Shown piece by piece: positions 56,432 to 64,000 of a DNA stretch of 64,000 bases. A program made the position numbers and the translations under genes. The notes beneath the pieces are model-generated. The model saw nothing but the letters and a program-made list of their open reading frames with translations, did no database searches and was not told where the DNA came from. How positions within the stretch are numbered: the first letter of the stretch is position 1; each line of letters starts with the position of its first letter. This DNA comes from Deltaproteobacteria bacterium (GTDB taxonomy: Bacteria; Myxococcota_A; Polyangia; Fen-1088): positions 352,001 to 416,000 of the forward strand of contig JANRKS010000002.1 in the NCBI GenBank assembly GCA_033763315.1, given 5' to 3'.

Positions 56432-57582
56432 CGTTCCTCGTGCAACAGGTGGTGGGCTTGCGGCAGGATCTGCATGATCCGGTCAACGTGGGGTGATCCG
56501 GCCAGGGCGCTGCGCAGTTTGCGTTCGTCATAACCGATGGCTTTGTAGCCCGGAAACCAGGGATCGTTTTGGCTAAGCATGTTGTAGCGCGAGCGCGCGT
56601 ACGGAAGCAGATCCCAGGCTTTAATGAGGCCCCACAACCACAACGTTTTGCGCACGTTCACGCCCTCCGGCAGCCGTTCCCATTCGGGCACGCCCTGTAA
56701 GTACGACGCCGCAAAATCGTCGCCCAACGTTTCATTCCAGCGCGTCTGCAATCGACTGGCGGCTGCCTTCACAGCGTCATCATGCGGCGGCAGATTCGCC
56801 AAGGCCGCGACGTGCGCGTCGAAATCCGAAGGCCGCGCGGCGCCCACGGACAACGTGTGCACGGCAGGGTTGGACAAGCAAAACAGGTCGTTGAATTGCA
56901 GCGGTGACAACGGCGCACACGCGTCCAGCCACAGAGGCCGTGGGGTGTGCAGGTGCCCGCCCTTGTCCGTGGGGCTGATGATGAACACACCCATGTCGCG
57001 TGCCGTGGCGGCGGCGATGGCGGGCGCGTTCTCTTGGAAAATGAAATACCAATGAAGGTTCACATAGTCGAAGCGATTGGTTTCGATCGTTTCGAGGATC
57101 ACGTCCAAAGACGCGTGCGTCGAGAAGCCAATATGCTTGAGCCGACCCGCGGCGCGAAAGCGTTCAGCCACCTCCAAGCAGCCACCGTCGCGCATCATCC
57201 AATTGAACACCTCGCGGTTGTTCACACCGTGAAACGCAAATAGATCAAGCGAGCTGACCTGCAGGCGCTCGAACGTTTGTTCAAGGTTCGCCTCGAACTG
57301 TTTTGGATCTGCCGTCGGCGCCACCTTGCTTTGCAAGATGAAACGATTGCGTGGGTAAGCGCGCAGGGCTTTGCCCAATTGCGCTTCGCTCGTGCCATAA
57401 CCGCGTGCCGTTTCCACGTGGTTGATGCCTAAGGCGAAAGCGTGTGCCAACACCGCGTCCAAATTGCTTTGGCTGGCGGCAGACACAGGCTTGTCAGCCG
57501 ACCATGATTGCTGAAAACGCATGCCCCCGCACGAAAATACGGGGATCTGCAATTCGGTTCGACCAAAGCGGCGGTAAAGCAT
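56428..57582 (-). CDS. Aldo/keto reductase
   Basis: YRRFGRTEL, CGGMRF, HVETARGYGTSE, HIGFSTH, YVNLHWY, ISPTDKGG. Confidence 0.92.
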   Translation of the reverse strand: MLYRRFGRTELQIPVFSCGGMRFQQSWSADKPVSAASQSNLDAVLAHAFALGINHVETARGYGTSEAQLGKALRAYPRNRFILQSKVAPTADPKQFEANLEQTFERLQVSSLDLFAFHGVNNREVFNWMMRDGGCLEVAERFRAAGRLKHIGFSTHASLDVILETIETNRFDYVNLHWYFIFQENAPAIAAATARDMGVFIISPTDKGGHLHTPRPLWLDACAPLSPLQFNDLFCLSNPAVHTLSVGAARPSDFDAHVAALANLPPHDDAVKAAASRLQTRWNETLGDDFAASYLQGVPEWERLPEGVNVRKTLWLWGLIKAWDLLPYARSRYNMLSQNDPWFPGYKAIGYDERKLRSALAGSPHVDRIMQILPQAHHLLHEER

Positions 57583-57614
57583 GGACAAGCCGCCGCAGGG
57601 CCCGCGGCGCGCGC

Positions 57615-59330
57615 TCAGTATACGCGATTGTTGTGAAGCTCGGTTGTTCCCCCGGCTGGGTCAACCAACAGTTTGGCGCGGCTGGCGTCGCTGTCGAGCA
57701 ACGCCATACGCCCGGCGACGTTCTTCGGTGAAACGAACACGTCGGTGCCCGCGGCCGCCACGCTGTTGCGTATCACCACTTCTTTGCTGTTGGCCACGGC
57801 GATGGCCGCGCCCGTGGCGTGCGCCTGCTTGCCCGTGAAACCTTGCACCGTCACGTCCTCGCAGGCCTCCAGGGCCAGCGCCGACGTGAAGTATTCCGGC
57901 AGATCGTTGTCCCACGTCACCTTCAGGTTCGTCACCGAAAGCCCTTTGACACGTTCGCAGTGCAGGGCAGGGATGTCGTGCTTGAAGATGGCCGTGGCTT
58001 TGTCGCGCGTGGCCCGCAAATCGAAGTTGCCACCATACGTCGACTGCAGCGGCCCCTTGCGGATGTGCAGCTTGATGTCGGAAAACATCACGTCCTCAAT
58101 CACACTGTCGGGCGTGCCGTAAATCAACATACCCGCTTCGCCGATCGCGCTAATGTTGTGAAACCGCACATTCCGGATGGTGCCCGGCGTTTGCGCTTCT
58201 GGATCCCACAGCAAGGCCGACACGTGAATGGGTTCTGCCTTACCCCACCAACGACCCGTGAAATGTTGCGATTCGATGATGATGTTCGAAAACGAAATGT
58301 CTTCCACGTCGTCTTTGCTGCGCACGAATACGGAAACCCCACGATGCGACGAGCGGATCAGAAGATTGTCGAACGTGCAGTTCTTGATCGAGCCGCCGTT
58401 GTAGCCCACGCGAATGCCCGTGGACTTGCAAGTAAGCGTGCAAGTGGACACGGCCACGTTGTGGCTGCCGAAGATGGCGATGCAATCGTCACCCGTTTCG
58501 ATGTTGCAGCCCACGATGCGCACTTGCCGGCAACGCGAAAGATCGATGCCGTCGTCGTTCGGAATGCGAAGCGTGTGGTCGCGCGTATTGATGTCCACGC
58601 CCTGGATCAAAACATCCGTGCACTCTTCCAGATGCGTTGTCCACGTGGGTGAATTGGCAATGCCGATGCCGGCGATCAAAACATTGCGACACTTGCGAAA
58701 GCGCACCAAGTTTCCGGGGCGATCATTGGTGCGCGCAAAGGGGCCATCCGGGAAGCCCTCGGGGCCAGGCTTCATAAAGCTTTCGCCCTGGCGTGTGGCT
58801 TTGGGATCGTGATCTTTGCCGGGATAGGAAAGATCGTCTTTGACGAACACGCGGCCATTGCCGTCGATCACACCACGGCCAATGATGGCAACGTAATCGC
58901 CACCCTCACACGTCACCAAGCCGGCGCGGCTCGACTCGTGACCGCTGGCCCCGGCGGCTTCCAAAGGGTAATGCTCAAGCGTGGCGCTGCCCAGCAACTT
59001 GCTGCCGGCGTCTAAATGCAACGTGGTGCGGCTGCCAATGCGGATGGGGCGGATCATATAAGTTCCGGCGGCCACGAACACAGTGCCGCCGCCGCGGCTG
59101 GCACACACATCTAATGCCCTCTGCACGCTTTGCGTGTCGTCGGTCTTGCCGTCGCCCACGGCGCCAAAGGCGCGCACCTCGAAGAACGCCCCCCCCGCGG
59201 GAGCGTGCGCGCAGCCCGTCGGTATGGCAGCGAACGCCGCCGCTGCACACACGAATTGGCGGCGCGAGGCAGCCACTTGTTCTTTGATTTTCGTTCGTCG
59301 CGCGAGCAAGGCCGAAAGGTGAGCGTTCAT
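57615..59330 (-). CDS. Glycoside hydrolase family 28-like beta-helix protein (Tat lipoprotein)
   Basis: SRRQF leader ending PTGC, FGAVGDGKTDDT, NSPTWT, PNDDGID, GDDCIAI. Confidence 0.87.
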   Translation of the reverse strand: MNAHLSALLARRTKIKEQVAASRRQFVCAAAAFAAIPTGCAHAPAGGAFFEVRAFGAVGDGKTDDTQSVQRALDVCASRGGGTVFVAAGTYMIRPIRIGSRTTLHLDAGSKLLGSATLEHYPLEAAGASGHESSRAGLVTCEGGDYVAIIGRGVIDGNGRVFVKDDLSYPGKDHDPKATRQGESFMKPGPEGFPDGPFARTNDRPGNLVRFRKCRNVLIAGIGIANSPTWTTHLEECTDVLIQGVDINTRDHTLRIPNDDGIDLSRCRQVRIVGCNIETGDDCIAIFGSHNVAVSTCTLTCKSTGIRVGYNGGSIKNCTFDNLLIRSSHRGVSVFVRSKDDVEDISFSNIIIESQHFTGRWWGKAEPIHVSALLWDPEAQTPGTIRNVRFHNISAIGEAGMLIYGTPDSVIEDVMFSDIKLHIRKGPLQSTYGGNFDLRATRDKATAIFKHDIPALHCERVKGLSVTNLKVTWDNDLPEYFTSALALEACEDVTVQGFTGKQAHATGAAIAVANSKEVVIRNSVAAAGTDVFVSPKNVAGRMALLDSDASRAKLLVDPAGGTTELHNNRVY

Positions 59331-59437
59331 GGCCGGCACATTACGCGCGCCACAGAAAATTCGTCAACGTTCCAACGATCTAGTTCAAGCGGCTTTATGC
59401 GGATTTTTCCCCGGCGACCGTGATCTGGCGCCCACCA

Positions 59438-60985
59438 TCACACGGCCAAGCCGGCAAACACCCGTCCCTCGCGGGCGCCCACCTGCACCGGCAGCCCGTG
59501 TGCGTGCAGTTCATGAGACGACACAAGTTGCGCCTGCAAGCTGAACGGGTCTGTGAAACGCAACTTCAGGGGGCAATCTTCCGTGGTCTCAATCTGCAGG
59601 CGCCCGTGCGCCGTTCGATCACTTTGGTTGAGCACGATGAAACACGGCACGCCCGAGAGCCACCAGGCCCACGCCACCAAACCCGTGTGACTGGTGTCGG
59701 TGCTGTTGAGCGGCGCCTGAACTTCGATCATCGTGAAGTGGCCGCGCTGCAGGCTGGGGGAAGCCCCCAAAGCCACGAGGCGACGGTGAAAATCGCGCAG
59801 ATTCTCGTCAGGCACTTCCGCGGGCTGGCGCACGAGCTGCACGGGCACGCGCAGACGGCGGCCTTCGAATTGACCCTCGTGAAACATCCGGATGCCGGGC
59901 AAGGTGGCCGACGCGATCGCGGCGCCCCGCAACTTGTGCCCCGCGAACGCTGCAGCCGCGCGAGGTTCGTCGTGGTTTTCCACGAAGCGCAGGCCGTGCC
60001 GCAAAAACGCGCCTTGCCCGCGCAGATGCGCGCGCAGACTTTCCGCATCGCCGTGCAACAAACGGTCGTACAATGTCTTGTCGTAAACATAATCAAACCC
60101 AAGGTCCACAAGCCGGCCCTCGGTGCCCCAATAGGCTTCGGCGATGAACAGAAAATTGGGAAATCGCTCTTTGACGCGTTTGATGGCGACGTACCAAAAT
60201 TCCTCGGCGGGCGGGCTTTGGCCATTCAAGTGGTGCTTCCACGTGCTGGCGAACACGTCGTTGAGCAGCAGCATGGCCATATCGCAACGAACGCCATCGG
60301 CCACGGCCGCGATGCCCAGCAACAGGTCGATGAGCGCCTGGCGCATGCCGGGGTGAAACACATTGACCTGAACTGTGTCGGCCCACGCTGCGAAATAGGG
60401 ATCTTTGCCGTGCGCCAACACGTCGCCTTTGCCGGTGCGAAAGTGGCTGGTGGGATCGTTTTTCAGCTGTTCTGCGGTGCCCGCGATGAAGCGCTCGGGA
60501 TGTGAAAGCGTCCAGGCGTGATCCATGGCTAGGTGGTTGGGGACGAAGTCCAAGATCAACGCCCGTCCCATGGCGCCCAGCTGCGCGCCGAAATCCGCCA
60601 AAGCGTGAGGCGGTCCCAGCGCGGGGTCGAGCGTGTATGCGCCCACGGCGTAAGGAGAGCCGGCCACATCGTCGCGCGTCCAGCCCGGCAGCACGCGATC
60701 GAATTCCTGCTTGAGGGGCTGGCTGGCAAGCGCTTGGGCGCGCGACCCCGCCGTGCGTGTCCAGGCACCCATGAGCCAAACGGTGTCAAAACCGGAAACG
60801 GCTTCTTTCACCAAGTGGTCGGGAAGGTTCGCCAACGTGAGGGGGCGGCCGTGACGGTTGGCCATACGACGCAACCAAAGGTGGGCATTAAGCTCAAGCA
60901 GCAGCGGGTGCCGGCGCATTAGTGGCAGCACTCTAGCGCGTGCGGGCCCATTCGCCCAGCGTGAGGCGTGTGGCTGTGGAGTCAC
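59438..60985 (-). CDS. Alpha-amylase family (GH13) glycosidase
   Basis: GSPYA, LDFVPNH, GVRCDMAM, IAEAYW, FVENHDEPR. Start may be 60919. Confidence 0.9.
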   Translation of the reverse strand: MTPQPHASRWANGPARARVLPLMRRHPLLLELNAHLWLRRMANRHGRPLTLANLPDHLVKEAVSGFDTVWLMGAWTRTAGSRAQALASQPLKQEFDRVLPGWTRDDVAGSPYAVGAYTLDPALGPPHALADFGAQLGAMGRALILDFVPNHLAMDHAWTLSHPERFIAGTAEQLKNDPTSHFRTGKGDVLAHGKDPYFAAWADTVQVNVFHPGMRQALIDLLLGIAAVADGVRCDMAMLLLNDVFASTWKHHLNGQSPPAEEFWYVAIKRVKERFPNFLFIAEAYWGTEGRLVDLGFDYVYDKTLYDRLLHGDAESLRAHLRGQGAFLRHGLRFVENHDEPRAAAAFAGHKLRGAAIASATLPGIRMFHEGQFEGRRLRVPVQLVRQPAEVPDENLRDFHRRLVALGASPSLQRGHFTMIEVQAPLNSTDTSHTGLVAWAWWLSGVPCFIVLNQSDRTAHGRLQIETTEDCPLKLRFTDPFSLQAQLVSSHELHAHGLPVQVGAREGRVFAGLAV

Positions 60986-60991
60986 CGCGGG

Positions 60992-61969
60992 TTACGAGCA
61001 GCCGATGCGCTTGCTGCCGACGGCGACGTCGTCATACCAAGCGCGGCCCATTTGGCCGCTGAAATTCTGACCACCGATTTTCAGGAATTTATACGCAGGT
61101 GACCAGCCCGTGCGACCCTGCTTCCAGTCGCTCACGTTCATCGTGGCCTGTTCTTTGTCGTCGATCCACAGGTGAAACTGATGGTTCTTGCCATCAAAGT
61201 GAGCTTCGATGCAGTACCAGCGGCCCGCTTCGAGCACCACGCCGCCGGTGTCGCGCGGGATGTCGACGTCACCGTTCGAGAATTGCGTTTTCTCTCCGCC
61301 GCCGCTGCCCTTGTTGCCTGGGATCAAATTAACGTCGACGATGCCGTGGCTGGCCCCCAAGCGTAGCTCTTCGCCGGCGTCCGTTTCAGATTCAGCCCCT
61401 TCGATGAAATCCACGTGCCCGCCCATATCTTTGGTGGACTTTTCAAGCCGCATAAACACGCGCACAAAGAAGCTGTTGTCCACGGGAGGGAAGCCCATGG
61501 CGGCGATTAGATGTGACCCATAGCTTGCCGCCGTGACCGTTACGCTGTGGGGCGGGCTGTGGCTCTGGGTGGAAACGATCTTGTTGCGATCGTTTTGCCA
61601 CGCGGGTTGAGGCACCCAGAACGGCGCCGCGGGTTCGCTGTTGGCGGCCGCCTTGTCGAAATTGTCGCAGAACAACACACCTTGGCCCGTGCAGCCGCTC
61701 CCGCTGCCAGCGCCGCCCGCGTTGCTACCTCCCGTGCCCATACCGCCGGCGTTTGCGCCGCCCGTGTGGCTGTTGCCCCCGCTGGAGCCACCGTTGGCGT
61801 TGCCCGCGTTGCCGCCTTGGCCGCCACTGGCGACAGAGCCCGCGCCGCCACCACTGCCTCCTGAATAAGCGCCGCCATCTGACTTGGACGGGGGAGATGT
61901 GCCCGAGGCACAGGCGGCGGAGATAAGTATAAGAAGGCTGACGGTGGTGGGGCGCGTGACAAGCCGCAA
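60992..61969 (-). CDS. Gly-rich lipoprotein with Cip1/lectin-like beta-sandwich domain
   Basis: ISAAC leader, Gly/Ser/Asn linker, LFCDNFD, FFVRVFM, WYCIE, WYDDVAVG...IGC. Confidence 0.65.
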   Translation of the reverse strand: MRLVTRPTTVSLLILISAACASGTSPPSKSDGGAYSGGSGGGAGSVASGGQGGNAGNANGGSSGGNSHTGGANAGGMGTGGSNAGGAGSGSGCTGQGVLFCDNFDKAAANSEPAAPFWVPQPAWQNDRNKIVSTQSHSPPHSVTVTAASYGSHLIAAMGFPPVDNSFFVRVFMRLEKSTKDMGGHVDFIEGAESETDAGEELRLGASHGIVDVNLIPGNKGSGGGEKTQFSNGDVDIPRDTGGVVLEAGRWYCIEAHFDGKNHQFHLWIDDKEQATMNVSDWKQGRTGWSPAYKFLKIGGQNFSGQMGRAWYDDVAVGSKRIGCS

Positions 61970-62079
61970 AGAGAAACCTCACCTTTACAACCCCAAGCCG
62001 CCCCAAGTTGAGAAATCGCGGCGCCGATCAATCGGGGGGCGTTGTTGGCGTGCCGAACCAATGGTCGTACACTCGCCGT

Positions 62080-63621
62080 ATGGTTCCCCAAGGAAGCGAC
62101 AGCTGCGCAATCGTGATCTTCGGTGCGTCTGGCGATCTCACAAAGCGAAAGCTGGTGCCCGCCCTGTTCGAGCTTTACTGCCAAGGCCATCTGCCGCACG
62201 GCTTCGCTGTGTTGGGCGTGGGCCGCACGGCGTATACCGATCAACAGTTTCAGCAAGCGCAGCGCGAGGCTCTGGTCACGTTCGCCAAACACGTGGGCAC
62301 CGATACCCAGCGCGACGCCTTCGTGGCCAAGCTGCACTACGAAAGCATCGACACCAGCCGCCGCGAGGAATACGCGCGCATTCGCACCCGCCTGTCGGGG
62401 CTGGACGAAACGGCCGGCACGGGCGGCAACTACTTGTTTTATTTGTCCACGCCGCCCGCCCTGGCCGTGCCGATCGTTTCGGGCCTGGGCGCTGAACACC
62501 TGCAGATCCCCTCACACCAAGGCTGCTGGCGCCGCCTCATCGTCGAAAAACCGTTTGGCACCGACCTGTCCTCCGCAACCGCTTTGAACGCGATGCTGCA
62601 GGCTGTGTTCAAGGAAGATCAAATCTTCCGCATCGATCACTATCTTGGCAAAGAGACGGTGCAAAACCTTCTCGTGTTTCGGTTTGCCAACGGCATCTTT
62701 GAGCCGCTGTGGAATCGCAACTATGTTGATTACGTCGAGGTCACCGCGGCCGAGAACATCGGCGTTGAAGATCGCGGTGGTTACTACGAGGGCAGCGGCG
62801 CCATGCGAGACATGGTGCAGAACCACCTGCTGCAAGTTGTGGGCATGATGGCCATGGAAGCGCCGTCGTCGTTCGACGCGCGCGCTGTGCGCAACGAAAC
62901 GCTCAAAGTGTTTCAGTCACTGCGGCCCATCACACCCGAAGAAGTTCATCTGCACACGATTCGTGGGCAATACACAGAGTCCAAGATCCGAGGCACGGCT
63001 GTGCCCGGGTACCGGCAGGAGAAGGGCGTGGATCCGGAATCACGCACAGAAACCTACGCCGCTGTGAGGTTCTATATCGACAACTGGCGGTGGGGCGGGG
63101 TTCCCTTCATCTTGCGCTCAGGTAAGCGGTTGCCCACCCGTGTTTCGGAGGTCGTGGTGCACTTTAAGCCCACGCCTCACCGCATCTTCGGCTCGATGAA
63201 CAGCGACGGAGGTTCCACGGCCAACTCGCTCATCATTCGCATTCAGCCCGACGAGGGCGTGGTGTTGAAGTTCGGCCTTAAGCGGCCGGGCTCAGGTTTC
63301 GAGGCGCGCAGCGTGGCAATGGACTTTCACTATTCCGACCTTTCGGACGTGCGGTTGCCTGAGGCTTACGAACGTTTGCTCCTGGACTGCATCCACGGCG
63401 ACGCCACGCTGTTCACGCGCGGTGACGCCGTGGAAGCGTGCTGGCAATTCGTGGATCCGATTCTGGAGGGGTGGAAGAACAACCCCGAATCCAAGGTTTA
63501 TGGCTACCCCGCGGGAACGTGGGGCCCGCCCGAAGCCGATAGGTTGCTGGGCGCTGACGGGCGCGCGTGGCGTCAACCGTGCAAGACCCTTTCAGAAAAC
63601 ACTGATTACTGCGAACTTTAA
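62080..63621 (+). CDS. zwf: Glucose-6-phosphate 1-dehydrogenase
   Basis: IFGASGDLTKRKLVP, VEKPFG, RIDHYLGKETVQN, RDMVQNH, EAYERLL, YPAGTWGP. Confidence 0.98.
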   Translation: MVPQGSDSCAIVIFGASGDLTKRKLVPALFELYCQGHLPHGFAVLGVGRTAYTDQQFQQAQREALVTFAKHVGTDTQRDAFVAKLHYESIDTSRREEYARIRTRLSGLDETAGTGGNYLFYLSTPPALAVPIVSGLGAEHLQIPSHQGCWRRLIVEKPFGTDLSSATALNAMLQAVFKEDQIFRIDHYLGKETVQNLLVFRFANGIFEPLWNRNYVDYVEVTAAENIGVEDRGGYYEGSGAMRDMVQNHLLQVVGMMAMEAPSSFDARAVRNETLKVFQSLRPITPEEVHLHTIRGQYTESKIRGTAVPGYRQEKGVDPESRTETYAAVRFYIDNWRWGGVPFILRSGKRLPTRVSEVVVHFKPTPHRIFGSMNSDGGSTANSLIIRIQPDEGVVLKFGLKRPGSGFEARSVAMDFHYSDLSDVRLPEAYERLLLDCIHGDATLFTRGDAVEACWQFVDPILEGWKNNPESKVYGYPAGTWGPPEADRLLGADGRAWRQPCKTLSENTDYCEL

Positions 63622-63731
63622 GGTGTGCTTGGGCGCACCATTGGCGCGCCGCGCGTTTTACGGCTGATTTACTATGTGCCTTTCACGCCTGTGGCAGCAT
63701 CTTATAGGTACGTTTCTTTCAAGGAGATCAC

Positions 63732-63962
63732 ATGAAGACCCTCAATGTTCTGGGATTGGCGGCGGCGCTTTTGGTGGGCCCGTCGTTGTTTGTTGGCGCT
63801 GCTCAGGCCTGTGACGGCAAGGCTAAAAAGTCCTTGTCTTCTGAAACCGCCTGCGATGGCAAAGGCAAGAAGTCGTTCTCCGACTCCGTGTCCTGCGATG
63901 GCAAAGGCAAGAAGTCTCTCTCTGACGAGCTTAGCTGCGACGGCAAAGTGAAAAAGAGCTGA
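63732..63962 (+). CDS. Small secreted Cys/Lys-repeat peptide (candidate RiPP precursor / metal-binding peptide)
   Basis: RBS AAGGAG; 26-aa signal peptide ending AQA; mature part is four CDGKxKKS repeats. Confidence 0.85.
   Translation: MKTLNVLGLAAALLVGPSLFVGAAQACDGKAKKSLSSETACDGKGKKSFSDSVSCDGKGKKSLSDELSCDGKVKKS
63810..63959 (+). repeat. 42-bp (14-aa) coding tandem repeat, about 3.6 copies
   Basis: Units start at 63810, 63852, 63894 and 63936, each TGYGAYGGCAAR...AARAAG. Confidence 0.92.
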
Positions 63963-64000
63963 CCTCGTAGCTTGCGCTTCGTTGTTTGCTGATGGGGGCT

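Noticed and set aside
63622-63660. Hairpins after zwf as an intrinsic terminator
   Set aside because: Weak, mismatched stems without an immediately adjacent U-tract.

Overview
GC-rich, densely coding bacterial chromosomal segment, most consistent with a myxobacterium (Myxococcota). The basis is a Glt/Agm-like gliding-machinery cluster, DUF1592/DUF1552 genes and many Gly-rich lipoproteins; the taxon is an inference. About 50 CDS were called, including housekeeping genes (kup, pyrD, ampG, topB, prlC, purU, uvrC, zwf), a ribose-type ABC operon with two LacI-type palindromic operators, and carbohydrate enzymes. No rRNA, tRNA, CRISPR array, transposase or prophage was recognised. Two items stand out. 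(1) A 14 kb co-oriented run (35.6-49.8 kb) holds a GltC-D-E-F-G-(lipoprotein)-H-like trans-envelope module followed by a COG0523 metallochaperone, a rhomboid, a CX4CH lipoprotein, an SH3/beta-barrel protein, DUF4266 and DUF3570. It may be a non-motility Glt paralogue linked to envelope redox or metal chemistry. (2) A small secreted peptide at the right edge consists of four CDGKxKKS repeats and resembles a multi-core RiPP or metal-binding precursor. All family assignments come from motif recognition by eye, not from database searches.
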